The translations under genes were made by a program, and so were the position numbers. From Poseidonia sp. (GTDB lineage: Archaea; Thermoplasmatota; Poseidoniia; Poseidoniales; Poseidoniaceae): a stretch of DNA of 64,000 bases. The stretch is from the NCBI GenBank assembly GCA_965661285.1, contig CBFIDD010000002.1:386521-450520 (forward strand). Direction: 5' to 3'. The notes under the pieces are model-generated. The model saw only the letters and a list, made by a program, of their open reading frames with translations, had not been told where the DNA came from and searched no databases. Positions 42,774 to 53,135 of this stretch are shown piece after piece (positions within the stretch are counted from its first letter, which is position 1; every line of letters begins with the position of its first letter).

Positions 42774-45700
42774 TCACTGTTGGTTTTGGTCCAACCATTG
42801 CTGACCGTAGTGCTTCCATTGCTCCATCGTCCAGCCCGCGGGAAGGCCACCGTCTGGAAGGGGTGGCGTCGAGTCTTGAGTGACCGGAGCGGCTGGAGCT
42901 GGTGCTGCGGCTGGAGCGGGGGTCGGCATGGAGGCAGGAATGGAAGGGGCGGCAGCTACAGCACCGTATGTGGCCGAAAGACTGTCTTCGTAGCCTTCCT
43001 CTCCCCAGTTGGCGTATTCATCCTCTTCCTCTTCCGTACGGAGAATGGAAAGGAGCACGACAACGCCACCGACGATGATGAGAAGGAAGACGCCCCACAT
43101 GGCAACGGCTTCAACCGGGAAGCCGGCGTCAGCATCTTCGCCACCGTTGGCGCTGGCTGTATCCATGCGCACCAAGGTGACCTCCAGCATGGCGTTAGCT
43201 GCGTCGCTGACCGTTTCAGAGCGAGCCCACACCGTTACGTTGACCGTCAACGTGTCATCGTTGAGGTTCTTGAGGGTCGTTTCGGAGACGTCGACGGTGA
43301 GGGTGATTTCTTTGGTTTCTCCCGTGGCCAAGGTGAAGTCCTTGTCCAAACGAGCGATGGAGGTCTGGAACCATGCGTTGGACTCGCTGGCGTCGAGGTC
43401 CATGACCACTCGCTGTCCGGTGGTGTATTGGTTGACGATACGGACGTTCACATCGTAATCGCCTTCTTCAGAGATTTCCAGCGGTTGGATGGCAAAGATT
43501 CGCAACCAATCTTGTGAGCCGACGAGGTACGTGGCCTGACCCGTTGCACTGATGCTGCTGTCGGCCAGACTGGTAGCGATGACCTTCAAATTGAGGCTGC
43601 CTTCTGTACCCTCGATGAACGAAAATTCAACCGAAACGTTGTAGCTCGCACCGGTTTCAATTTCGGGCGTGTTTCCATCGATGAGGTTGGTGAACGCGGC
43701 GTTCATGCCCAGCGGAATGTTGAGCGCCATTGAGAAACTGTCCGGGTTGTTCCCGTCGTTGCGAACTTCAAAGGACATGGTTTGGGGCAGGTCGCCGGGG
43801 ATGTAGGATTGACCGGTCTCCTCATCAGACACGAACACGGCTGCCGTCTCCTGAATCTCGATGATCAGTTCCACCGAGTCGAACACAGAAGCGTCGTCGA
43901 CGCTGGTTGCGGTGATGGTGACCGAGTAGTAGCCCGGGCTCAAGCCGATGGGCATGGCCAGTTGGACAACAACGGTTGATTCTCCATCCCAGGCGTCGAG
44001 GACCGGCGATTGGTCGGCCGCCAACGAGGCTTGCAAACGCCAGTTGCTCTGGCCGAGGTTGAGGTTGTACTGTTCGTCATCGTTGCCGAGATTGTACAGG
44101 TTGAGGTACATGGATTTCGAGATACCGTTGGCGGCGCCGCTGAAGGTGTTCTCTTCAGCCACCAAGTCTACTTCGCGAAGCACAGGAACCTCAACGTTTC
44201 GAACCAGTACGTCGGTTCCAAACAAGGCGGTGCTGCAGGAGGGACATGTGGCACGAAGGTTCCAACTGACGTATGGGTTTGCCTCGGTTCCCAACGCTGG
44301 CGAGGCGTCGTCGGGGGCGGTGATGTTCAGAACAAGGTCAACACGCTCGCCTTTGAGGAGTGTGATTGGGTTTTGTTTGATCGTACCGACTTCGTCTTCC
44401 ACAAGCGCACTCCAGCCAGTGTTTTCTGAAAACGACGTGGCGAGGTTAAATGCTGCATCCTTGTTTCCTGTGTTTTGCAAGCGGAAATTGACCTGACCAG
44501 ATTCGCTAGGCGTGATCGAAGCGGAAATCAATGGCACGGTTGATGTCAAGGCGACGCTAAATTGCTCGCTGACAGCGAGGTCCATGCCGAGCCTCGCCTT
44601 CTCACCGAGTTGAGCGCTGCTTGCGTCGGTGAGCCAAAGGTTCCAATTCTGCTGCTGAACATCAGCGCCAGCTGGAACCGTCAAATTGGCCCAGAACTCG
44701 ATGGTCTTACCAGCACCCAGCGGCGGGATGATGACGTTCGTGCCGTGGTTGTTGCTGCCTTCAATGTCCATTCGGATGACGGGGAAGGGCGCCATCCAGG
44801 AATCGTTGGTGACGTTCGTTTGAAGACGAATGGTCGCAGGGGCATAGCCGTTGTTGGTCAAAGTACAGTAGAGCGTCACGAGTTGGTTTGGGGCCGCAGT
44901 ATAACCGTTCAGCGGGTTATCGCATGCCATGTCAACGGTATAGTCGGTGACTCGACTGACGCCAAAGTGCACGAAGTCATCCACATGGAATCCTTCGCTG
45001 GCGACACTGCTGTCTGAGGTGAAGAGTATGCTGAAGGTGTATGAACTGCCGCCGAGGAAAACATCAGGGTTTGCGAGATCCGGTATTTGTTCCCAGGTGT
45101 CTTGTGGATCCCATGAGAGGTTGGTCCACTGGCCCGGTGCGGCACTCGGGTTGCCTTGGGAAATATCCCACGAGATGGATTCAAACGCATCGTTGAGGTT
45201 TCCCGAGCCGCGCCAGAGTTCCATTGAAACGGAGTCGCCAGCAGCCATGCTGCCCCATGCCTGAAGGTGGAACTGGCTGGAGACAAACTCGTTGGAGTAA
45301 AAGAGCATGCGGCAAATGTACACGCCGTAGACGTTCTGCGTCAAACCGGTGTCGGGTGCGTCGGTGCCGCAAGAGTTGCCGGTCATTTGCCGACCGTAAA
45401 CCAAGCGAGTTGCTTCTGCATTCGACGGGTAATTGCTGCCAGGAGCGGAATGACGCCAGTGGACGTTACCCGCTGCACTCGAGGTCGAATCGGTTTCCCA
45501 AGAACCGGCAGTGGTGGCGTCACCGCCATCAGCGGGGTACTTTCCGGTGAAGAATTGAGGACTTGCTCCCGCAACGGTGGCTTCCATGGCGTTGGCCGCA
45601 ACAGCGACGGGGACGACCTTCTCAAGCTCATCATTTCCGTTGCGATCGTCATCTGCAAAATTCACCGTAGCCCGGACGATGAGGCCGCCTGAGAGGTCGT

Positions 45701-46133
45701 TGGTCGACGTGCTAAGGATGGAGTGTGCCGCAGTTGGCGTCCACTGTATGATTTGGTTGTAGGATTGACCACCCGTGAGCGGGGTCGTTGTAAAATCAAA
45801 GGATTCCATGACAAACCCGATCGGGTGGACGATGTCGACCGAAACAGGTGTCTCATCGCCAATTCCAGATGCGCCGAATCGCTGAACTGTAATTGTGACA
45901 TCGATGGCTTGATCCATGAAGATGTAATCGATAACGCTGCCATCGGACTGAACCCACTGATCAGCAGGGACGGTGGCGTTGCCCAAAACGACGGTCTTGA
46001 CCGCAAAGTCGTCGTTGGTTCCGCCCCGTCCTGAGGCGGCTTGCGCAGGAACGACGAAGTTCATGGCGAGGGTTTGCATCAAGAGCAGCACAACAATGGT
46101 GAAGGGCATCATTCGGCGCATGGACATCAGCAC
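42774..46133 (-). CDS. large secreted/cell-surface protein with repeated Ig-like domains, C-terminal TM and PPLP..GWTMEQW tail
   Basis: Signal peptide; repeated N.GN..D...L motifs; TM near the C-terminus. Confidence 0.8.
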   Translation of the reverse strand: MLMSMRRMMPFTIVVLLLMQTLAMNFVVPAQAASGRGGTNDDFAVKTVVLGNATVPADQWVQSDGSVIDYIFMDQAIDVTITVQRFGASGIGDETPVSVDIVHPIGFVMESFDFTTTPLTGGQSYNQIIQWTPTAAHSILSTSTNDLSGGLIVRATVNFADDDRNGNDELEKVVPVAVAANAMEATVAGASPQFFTGKYPADGGDATTAGSWETDSTSSAAGNVHWRHSAPGSNYPSNAEATRLVYGRQMTGNSCGTDAPDTGLTQNVYGVYICRMLFYSNEFVSSQFHLQAWGSMAAGDSVSMELWRGSGNLNDAFESISWDISQGNPSAAPGQWTNLSWDPQDTWEQIPDLANPDVFLGGSSYTFSILFTSDSSVASEGFHVDDFVHFGVSRVTDYTVDMACDNPLNGYTAAPNQLVTLYCTLTNNGYAPATIRLQTNVTNDSWMAPFPVIRMDIEGSNNHGTNVIIPPLGAGKTIEFWANLTVPAGADVQQQNWNLWLTDASSAQLGEKARLGMDLAVSEQFSVALTSTVPLISASITPSESGQVNFRLQNTGNKDAAFNLATSFSENTGWSALVEDEVGTIKQNPITLLKGERVDLVLNITAPDDASPALGTEANPYVSWNLRATCPSCSTALFGTDVLVRNVEVPVLREVDLVAEENTFSGAANGISKSMYLNLYNLGNDDEQYNLNLGQSNWRLQASLAADQSPVLDAWDGESTVVVQLAMPIGLSPGYYSVTITATSVDDASVFDSVELIIEIQETAAVFVSDEETGQSYIPGDLPQTMSFEVRNDGNNPDSFSMALNIPLGMNAAFTNLIDGNTPEIETGASYNVSVEFSFIEGTEGSLNLKVIATSLADSSISATGQATYLVGSQDWLRIFAIQPLEISEEGDYDVNVRIVNQYTTGQRVVMDLDASESNAWFQTSIARLDKDFTLATGETKEITLTVDVSETTLKNLNDDTLTVNVTVWARSETVSDAANAMLEVTLVRMDTASANGGEDADAGFPVEAVAMWGVFLLIIVGGVVVLLSILRTEEEEDEYANWGEEGYEDSLSATYGAVAAAPSIPASMPTPAPAAAPAPAAPVTQDSTPPLPDGGLPAGWTMEQWKHYGQQWLDQNQQ

Positions 46134-46198
46134 TCTCGCCCAACACGATGGAGCATAAGAAGGTCGCCTTTTGATGGGCTACCAAAACCGAACAGTGG

Positions 46199-47446
46199 TC
46201 AGCCCTCATCGTCGTTGTCGAGGTCAAATCCGCGAATGACCGGTTGATCGTATGAGGGTGCGGGAGGCTGTTGCGGTTTGCTATCGCTTGCCAGTCGCCT
46301 CGCAACAGCATCAAAGTCCAGGTCATCAACATCGGACGCATCCGGAGCGGGAGATCGGTCGGGCTGCGGCAGAGACGCCACAGGGACGACCACCTGCTGG
46401 ACGACAGCGGGCGTGTAGGTGGTCGGCGAAGACTGCAAGGTGGACTGGTTCACATCCGCTGCAAGTTGGTCGAGGCCTGCTGAGAGCATGTCAAGTTGTT
46501 CTTGGGTATCGTCGGCCGAGGTGTGGCGGCCCGGAAACATCCATGATGGGGGCGCCCCGGCGCCGCCACCGAGAACGGCCAGCGTGGTAAACGCCGCCAT
46601 CGGCATGACGGCCAGCGCCGTGAGAAGGTTGAGAAACGATGTCTCGGGCGAAGAACCCGCCGAAATGAGGGATTCAAACACCTGCTTCTCTACGGCGATG
46701 TTGAGGGCGATGTCCTCTCCCAGCACCCGCTGAACAATGTAGGACGACAATTGGCCCATGGACCACAACAAAAAGACGGGAAAGGCCCATGAGATACGCA
46801 ACGTGTTCCCGAGAAATTTCCTTCCCAACGAGGCCAGCATGATGTAGCGGCGAGCAAAAGCAGGGAACATGCGGATCGACAGATAGAGGCACATGCCGTA
46901 CAACAACAGGGCCAGTTCTAGCTGGCGGTTTTGATGCACGACCCCTTTGGGAAACATCAACACCAACGAGAGGGGAATCGTGGCCAACATCACCTGAAAC
47001 GGAATGGCAAGGAGGACCAAGGAGCCCCGAATGGTCCACAGGGCATGACCTGCCTCAAACCGTTCATGAACCAAGAGCGAAAGGCGTCCATGTGCAGAAG
47101 CAGCATACTTCTGTCTGGCAGCAAAGCGATGAGGGGAACTGCCTTGATGGCGTGTTAGCCCGAGGGCCAACCGCCACCCACCGGATTCAATCACCCGAAG
47201 CGGGGTAAACCCGCCCATGCCAAGCGCCAACAACAAGGCCAGCATCCCGTAAAACAGCGAGGCCAAGCCAATCCACGGAATCATTTCAATCTCGATGCTG
47301 AGGCGAAAATCACCACCCTCGGCCGTGAACACCAGCAAGTAGGTCAGCGCAAAGGCCGCCATGGGTGTGAGGAAAATTTGGCCCAGCAACTGCCCGGTCA
47401 AACCGACACGGGCAATCAACGAACCTACCGCTTGGCGGGTTTCCAT
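46199..47446 (-). CDS. hypothetical multi-pass membrane protein
   Basis: Multiple hydrophobic segments; Pro/acidic tail. Confidence 0.7.
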   Translation of the reverse strand: METRQAVGSLIARVGLTGQLLGQIFLTPMAAFALTYLLVFTAEGGDFRLSIEIEMIPWIGLASLFYGMLALLLALGMGGFTPLRVIESGGWRLALGLTRHQGSSPHRFAARQKYAASAHGRLSLLVHERFEAGHALWTIRGSLVLLAIPFQVMLATIPLSLVLMFPKGVVHQNRQLELALLLYGMCLYLSIRMFPAFARRYIMLASLGRKFLGNTLRISWAFPVFLLWSMGQLSSYIVQRVLGEDIALNIAVEKQVFESLISAGSSPETSFLNLLTALAVMPMAAFTTLAVLGGGAGAPPSWMFPGRHTSADDTQEQLDMLSAGLDQLAADVNQSTLQSSPTTYTPAVVQQVVVPVASLPQPDRSPAPDASDVDDLDFDAVARRLASDSKPQQPPAPSYDQPVIRGFDLDNDDEG

Positions 47447-47504
47447 AACGTGGAGCCATCACGGCCTTTTCTCAAAGGTTGCCCCTGTCAAGGAGCGAAC
47501 AGCG

Positions 47505-48110
47505 CTATTCTTCCTCTCTTGCAACCTCGCGGAGCGGTGAAGCGATGGGATAGCCGTCGGTGATGAGGAGACGAAGCATGCCGCCAATTCGACCGTCTGA
47601 ACGTGGTCGACCAAGATCGGGTCGTGCGGTTCGAGAAAGCACAGCCCCACAGGTAGAGCAAGCGATGCATTGCACCTCCCATGCGGGCGTGGGCGTGGAA
47701 CAGCAGCGTTGCAAGCGGCTTTGGTTCATGACGGTCTGCAATTCAACCGCAAGCGCCTGCGACCAAGGTGCGGGACGTCCAGCCAGCCTTGCCTGGAGGC
47801 GTGAAAGCATCATCCATGAGGAGGCGACCCACAAACCGAAACCAAACGGTGCAGAACCCCACTTCAAACTCGCAGCACCAAAGGCCAACACCAAAGCGCC
47901 GAGAACAAAACTGAGCCAGTAGAACACTCGCATGTGAAGCACACGTTGCGTCAGATAGGGAGAGAGCGGAACCGGATGAGGATGGGAGGGGAAGCGCGTG
48001 TTGAACCCCTTCGCTCGCGTCATCCATAGCGTGGGAAGTCGCGGCCCTGCATGGCCGATGCTCGCCCCGAGGAGGAACAACCCAAGGGTGCCTGCGACCG
48101 TCACAACCAT
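47505..48110 (-). CDS. hypothetical membrane protein with C-terminal Cys cluster
   Basis: 3 TMs; CC...CIACSTCG. Confidence 0.65.
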   Translation of the reverse strand: MVVTVAGTLGLFLLGASIGHAGPRLPTLWMTRAKGFNTRFPSHPHPVPLSPYLTQRVLHMRVFYWLSFVLGALVLAFGAASLKWGSAPFGFGLWVASSWMMLSRLQARLAGRPAPWSQALAVELQTVMNQSRLQRCCSTPTPAWEVQCIACSTCGAVLSRTARPDLGRPRSDGRIGGMLRLLITDGYPIASPLREVAREEE

Positions 48111-48114
48111 CGCC

Positions 48115-49263
48115 TCAGGAGTGCTGCAGTCGATTCAAGGTGGCCTCGACCTTGTCCATGCCTCGGGAAATATCCTCTTGACTGATGGTGTAGGCGAAGC
48201 GCAGATGCCCTTCGCCTGACGGACCGAAGGCACTTCCCGGTGAGCACAGCACACCGTCTTTGAGGAGTTCCAACGCCACCTCTTCTGAGGACATACCGGG
48301 AACGTCAACCTTGGGGAAGACGTAAATGGCCCCTTTTGGCCTGTGACACTGGACGCCGGGCATGGCGTTGAGCCGGTCGACGATGAGGTTGCATCGTTGC
48401 TGGAATTCAGCGGCCATCACCGACGGGTAGTCATTGGCCTGTTCCATGGCTTCAAGCACGGCATATTGCATGGCATCGTTCGAGCAGGCGGCAATGTAAT
48501 ACTGGATTTTGATCACCTGTTTCATCGCCTCAAGATTGGTTGAGATGATGTAGCCGATACGCCACCCGGTCATGGCGAAGGTCTTGGAAAACGAGTTGAC
48601 CACCATCACCTTGTCGTAACCTGTCCCCATGAAGGAGACGTGGTCGTCGTCGAACACGATGCGGTCGTAGACTTCGTCGGAGATCAGCCACAGGTCGTGC
48701 TTCTGGGCAAAGGCGAGCAGTTCGTCCCGTTGTCGTTCGTCCAGCGTGCCCCCGGTGGGGTTGCTGGGGAAGTTGTAGAGAATGGCCACCGTGTTTTCAT
48801 CAACCAGGGCTTCCAAATCGGCGACCTGCGGAATAAATTCGTTCTCGAACAGGCAGGGATAGTACTTGGCTTCCCCGCCCACGAGGGTGGCATCCGGCCC
48901 GTACAGCGGGAAGTAGGGCTCCGGCAGCAGGATGTTTTGACCGGGATTGATGAAGGTCATGAAGAGGTTGAGAAGAGCGTTGGTTCCTGACATCGTCATG
49001 CAGACGTTCTGCTCGTCCATGCCCGTTTGGTAGGCGGACCACGACTCGGCAATTTTCTTGCGTAGGGCGGGAAGGCCTGCGGTGGTTGTGTACTTGTTGC
49101 GCCCGTCAAGCATGGCCTGATGAAACGCCTCGATGGCGACCGCGGGAGGCTGAAAGTCGGGCTCGCCCAAGCCAAAGGAAATGACATCGTCGCCAGCCAG
49201 GTCAAACATCTTGCGAACGCCGGTCGGCTGAATCGCAAGGGCTCGGTCGCTGAAGTGGCCCAT
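48115..49263 (-). CDS. class I/II PLP-dependent aminotransferase
   Basis: GEPDF, NFPSNPTG, SDEVY, SFSKTFAMTGWRIG, LRFAY. Confidence 0.95.
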   Translation of the reverse strand: MGHFSDRALAIQPTGVRKMFDLAGDDVISFGLGEPDFQPPAVAIEAFHQAMLDGRNKYTTTAGLPALRKKIAESWSAYQTGMDEQNVCMTMSGTNALLNLFMTFINPGQNILLPEPYFPLYGPDATLVGGEAKYYPCLFENEFIPQVADLEALVDENTVAILYNFPSNPTGGTLDERQRDELLAFAQKHDLWLISDEVYDRIVFDDDHVSFMGTGYDKVMVVNSFSKTFAMTGWRIGYIISTNLEAMKQVIKIQYYIAACSNDAMQYAVLEAMEQANDYPSVMAAEFQQRCNLIVDRLNAMPGVQCHRPKGAIYVFPKVDVPGMSSEEVALELLKDGVLCSPGSAFGPSGEGHLRFAYTISQEDISRGMDKVEATLNRLQHS

Positions 49264-49297
49264 GAAGACCCGACGCCCGTCCTCCATTTGAAGGCAA

Positions 49298-51481
49298 TCA
49301 CGATTTCTTGTTTTTCTTCTCGCCCTTGGCTTCGGTTTCCGGTTGGCTCGTTTCGTCAAGCAGAACCGCATCTTCAACCGAGACTAAGGCACGGGCATCG
49401 AGGGTGCTGGGTTCATCGATACGGAGACCTTGCACAAGAAGACCGAGCAGAATCAAAAGAATGAGAACGCCGCTCAGTGTGACGAGGTCGACGCCCAAAC
49501 CGGCACCGCTGTCATCACCAATCCCCGACCCCATGACGGTGGTGAACACCGGCAAGGAGGGAGCGCCTTGGTCGTTCAGGCCTCGAATCTCAACGCTTTG
49601 GTTTCCTGCCTCAAGTTGTGCCGGGTCAAGCGCCACAACCCATTCGAATCGCTCCAGGGCAGCAAGGCCACCCTCCACGGTTTCGTAGGTGGCTTCCATC
49701 CATGCTCCGCCGTTGATGCGGAATTCAACACTCGCCACCGCTCCCGACTGGCCCCATGCAAGGCCACGGATTTCGTGAAGGCCAGTGGATTCGTTCATCG
49801 ATGCATTGCTGATGTGAACTTGGGTGTTCACGTCAACGCTCCCGGTCAAATTTTGCTCTGCGAGATACACGGAGAGTTTGACCGCTTCATACGCATCGAC
49901 CATACCCCAACCGAAATCTCGGTTCCAGAACGGGTCGACCTCAGGAGCAGAGGCCTCGCCGCGGCGTTCTGCCGTGAGTTTGAGAATCTCCTTCATCTCC
50001 GCTGTGGTCAAGTCAGGATTGGCTTCAATCATCATGGCCAGAATACCAGAGACGGCTGGCGTAGCGTAGGACGTACCCGAGCCCCGCCCGGTGTAGCCGT
50101 TGTCTTCTGCAGAGCCACCGGCGAGGTTGACACACCCTCCTGAGGTCACGCAGCCTTCGGCCTGAACGATGTTGGTGCCGGGTGCAGAAACTTCGGGCTT
50201 CAATTCGTTGAGTGGATTGCCGTCGCCGTTGTCCCTGCGCTCACCACGGGATGAGTAAGACGCCACCGTGTCGTCGCCGCGGTCGATGGTGTTCTTGTCG
50301 TCGGTTGCACCGACGGTGATGGAGAGACTTGAGGAGCCCATGCCGGACAAGCCGTCGTTATCGGGCCCGTCATTTCCGGCTGCAGCGCTGACCACCACGC
50401 CGGCTTCCATCGCTTCGTTGAGAATACGGCTGTGCATGTCCTCGCCGTCCGACCCTCCACCCTCGTGTGAGGTGATGCCCCATGACAAGGAGATGATGTC
50501 AATACCGTAGCTCTCTTCATCCGCACCCTGCCAGGCCGTGTCCTTGTTGTCGATAATCCACTGGAGGCCATTCATGGCCGACTCGTAGAATTCTTGTTCA
50601 ATCACGTAATTTTCAAACGGACCAGCGCCTAAATCCGTGCCGATACGAACGTCGACGAGGTCGGCATCGGGAGCAGAACCGTAGAAATCGGTCTGAGCGC
50701 CGCTGGCATCAACACCGGTCGCAGCCGCCATGCCCATGCAGGCGGTGCCGTGCTGGTTACCGTCGTCCGGGTCGTAGGTGCCGTCGGTTTCTCGGGCCCC
50801 ACCAGCGGTGCACAGCGGGTCGGTGTGAACATAGCACACGGCATCGTAGCCCGCGATGAACTTCTCATTCAGTCCAGGGTGTTCGTTATCCACGCCCGTA
50901 TCCACCATCGCGATGTTGACGTTGGCACCGGTGAAACCGAGGTCCCATGCACCCATGGGGTAGAAACTGGAGTTTCGTGCTTTAACTGCAGGCGTTTGAA
51001 TGTCGCCATAGAACACGATGTTACCGTAGCGCTCGACCATGACCACATCGTCAAGGGCTGCGAGTTGGAAGGCCAGCGAGGCATCAAGTTGGCCAAGCAG
51101 GACCGCATCCACGGATTCAATGACATCCACGACGGTCAGGTTCAGGCCTTCAAGTTCAGCAAGGTGAACATCGCTGACCTCAACACCGTAGGACAATCCG
51201 ATACCGGTTGTGCCCTCAAAGGTCTCCAAACTGTCGTGGATGCTGTTTCGGTTTTGGTCAAGCGCCGTGCGTTCCCACCAAGGGGTGTTATCGTTCAACC
51301 ACGCTGCTTCGGCCTGTTGCGGCACTTCAAGACTGTAGCCAGCGGGCATCCACTGCACGCCTTGTGCGTCCACAGCCTGCCAACCGAGCGGCTCGGATTT
51401 GACCACCAAGGAACCGGTGACCGGCCCCATCAACAACGCAAGCACCAGCACCGCAAGCATTCGACGCATGTTCTTCCCCAT
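49298..51481 (-). CDS. S8 subtilisin-like serine peptidase, secreted and C-terminally anchored
   Basis: VDTG, HGTAC, AAAGN, SGTSYATP; signal peptide and C-terminal TM. Confidence 0.93.
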   Translation of the reverse strand: MGKNMRRMLAVLVLALLMGPVTGSLVVKSEPLGWQAVDAQGVQWMPAGYSLEVPQQAEAAWLNDNTPWWERTALDQNRNSIHDSLETFEGTTGIGLSYGVEVSDVHLAELEGLNLTVVDVIESVDAVLLGQLDASLAFQLAALDDVVMVERYGNIVFYGDIQTPAVKARNSSFYPMGAWDLGFTGANVNIAMVDTGVDNEHPGLNEKFIAGYDAVCYVHTDPLCTAGGARETDGTYDPDDGNQHGTACMGMAAATGVDASGAQTDFYGSAPDADLVDVRIGTDLGAGPFENYVIEQEFYESAMNGLQWIIDNKDTAWQGADEESYGIDIISLSWGITSHEGGGSDGEDMHSRILNEAMEAGVVVSAAAGNDGPDNDGLSGMGSSSLSITVGATDDKNTIDRGDDTVASYSSRGERRDNGDGNPLNELKPEVSAPGTNIVQAEGCVTSGGCVNLAGGSAEDNGYTGRGSGTSYATPAVSGILAMMIEANPDLTTAEMKEILKLTAERRGEASAPEVDPFWNRDFGWGMVDAYEAVKLSVYLAEQNLTGSVDVNTQVHISNASMNESTGLHEIRGLAWGQSGAVASVEFRINGGAWMEATYETVEGGLAALERFEWVVALDPAQLEAGNQSVEIRGLNDQGAPSLPVFTTVMGSGIGDDSGAGLGVDLVTLSGVLILLILLGLLVQGLRIDEPSTLDARALVSVEDAVLLDETSQPETEAKGEKKNKKS

Positions 51482-51531
51482 GCAAGGCGAACCTCGTGTT
51501 TGGCATCAACCTAACGCTGGGATGTGTTGTC

Positions 51532-51960
51532 TCATCGCTCGTCATCCACGAGGGAGGACGCTTGCATCATGACGCCCAGAGCGTTCACTGGTTTAGTGAT
51601 GAAATGCAACGCAACCCAACAGACTGCAAACATGCCGACCCAGTTTCCTGCATCCTCCAAGGGCCCCTCCGTTGTTTCAAGACCCAAAGTCAACGAGACC
51701 GTCATCAAGATGAGAACCACGAGGATGCCGAGGCTTCGACTCAAGGGACTCTCCCGGAGATTAACGCCCCAAATCGGGATGAAAAACAAGCCAATGCCCA
51801 AGCCACAACAGAAGCTGAACCAGCCATGTTAAGCAAAACCCGAGGAAGGGCCATCGCCCGATATCGTGGTCAGTATACCCCAGACTGAGCCGACAACAAT
51901 GGCAAAGATCACCCACCGGGCCACAAGCCAGTGCTCAATAACCCAATCGAGGAAGGTCAT
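51532..51960 (-). pseudogene. membrane protein gene interrupted by an in-frame TAA at 51829-51831
   Basis: Two track ORFs share one frame: ...SSGFA*HGWFSFCCGLGIGLFF... Confidence 0.6.
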
Positions 51961-52024
51961 GGTAGAGACTGTCCGTGGTGCCAATTCAAGATTTTGGCAA
52001 CGGTCGCCCTGTGCAGTCAAGAAT

Positions 52025-52207
52025 TGGTGGGAGCAGAGGGATTTGAACCCCCCCCAGCGGATTTCTTCTGAAACTGCGCATCAAATGGGCAGTCTGCAGG
52101 ATTGCAACGGGTCGGCGCTCCAGTTGGTCATCAACTTCAGCAAACCCACTCGTCGTCATTCCCGTGCAACTGGAGCCCGCGATACTACCAAGCTATACTA
52201 TACTCCC
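52025..52207 (-). tRNA. tRNA-Trp(CCA) with 107-nt intron (52063-52169), CCA encoded
   Basis: Exons GGGAGTA...GCGGGCTCCAG and ATCCGC...GGTTCAAATCC...TGCTCCCACCA give a 76-nt cloverleaf. Confidence 0.93.
52063..52169 (-). ncRNA. intron-encoded box C/D guide RNA
   Basis: Boxes ATGACGA (C), CTGA (D'), TTGATGA (C'), CCGA (D); guides CAACTGGAGC and GTGGGTTT complementary to the pre-tRNA anticodon arm. Confidence 0.85.
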
Positions 52208-52225
52208 GTGTTGTTACCCTTCGCA

Positions 52226-52333
52226 TCAGTTCTTGGCCTGTCGGCGTGCACGCTTTCGGCGTCGCAACTTCTTCTTGCGCCACTTCCAACGTTGGTTGCC
52301 GGTTTTCTTCCAAGCACGTGAACCTCGCTTCAT
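52226..52333 (-). CDS. rpl41e: ribosomal protein eL41 (not in ORF track)
   Basis: MKRGSRAWKKTGNQRWKWRKKKLRRRKRARRQAKN; CATATA upstream. Confidence 0.88.
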   Translation of the reverse strand: MKRGSRAWKKTGNQRWKWRKKKLRRRKRARRQAKN

Positions 52334-52434
52334 GGTGAACAGGCATCCCACTTGCCTTCCCTATATGAGAGCATCGTCTGCAGAATACACCACGTGGAAA
52401 CCAAGATTATACACCCGTCCATCAACCCCTACGC

Positions 52435-52746
52435 ATGGACCTCCCATCCCTGCTCGCAGAGAACATCACCCAAGGTGTCATCATCGGTTTTCTCGTCGGC
52501 ATGGCCGTACAGGTCGCTTCCAAAACCGTGCGCAACATGTTGATTCTCCAGTTCATCCTGTTGAAATTTCTTGAATCCCGAAACATCCTGATCGTCGATT
52601 GGCATCGCCTCACGGGCGGCCTGTTGGGCTCGCAAGAAGTGGTGGTTGGTCGCGCCCAGGAACTCATTGACACCGTGGTGGAAATGGGTGTTTTTGGTGG
52701 AGCGTTGGCCGCAGGTTTCTTGCTCGCTCGACGGGTGTTCAATTGA
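52435..52746 (+). CDS. FUN14-like small membrane protein
   Basis: G.IIGF..G....V..K, I.VDW..L, G...GF pattern; TTATAC 28 nt upstream. Confidence 0.7.
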   Translation: MDLPSLLAENITQGVIIGFLVGMAVQVASKTVRNMLILQFILLKFLESRNILIVDWHRLTGGLLGSQEVVVGRAQELIDTVVEMGVFGGALAAGFLLARRVFN

Positions 52747-52799
52747 GGACACAGGTGGGGCTGTGGCCCTTGGTCTGCGAGCCAGTTACAACGTAGCGC

Positions 52800-53036
52800 C
52801 TAAATGACGTCGATTCGAACCGGTGCAACCGTTTCGGGTGTTTCGTTGATCTTCTTCTGGGCGTTGAAAAGCAACACGCAGAAGACGGCGCACACGAGCG
52901 GTGGTAACAGAAGCGGCAGGAAGACGGCAAGGGATTGCTGAATAAAGATGGCAACCACTCCGAATATTCCAAACACGAATCCGAGACCGTTGGCGAGTGG
53001 CACAGCGGCGGCGTTGTCCATTTTATCTTGCGACAT
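52800..53036 (-). CDS. small hypothetical membrane protein
   Basis: Two TM segments. Confidence 0.55.
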   Translation of the reverse strand: MSQDKMDNAAAVPLANGLGFVFGIFGVVAIFIQQSLAVFLPLLLPPLVCAVFCVLLFNAQKKINETPETVAPVRIDVI

Positions 53037-53135
53037 GGTTCAACATAACATTGCGGGGTTTATATCGCTGTGTTTTTTTTGCCGCGCGCCAACCGTTCTT
53101 GGTCAACCAAGAACCCCACGTGGGTTGATGTATCG

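Noticed and set aside
49946-49955. 10-bp match to the tRNA-Trp 3' region (GGAGCAGAGG)
   Set aside because: Short, inside an intact S8 peptidase gene and not including the tRNA terminus; consistent with chance
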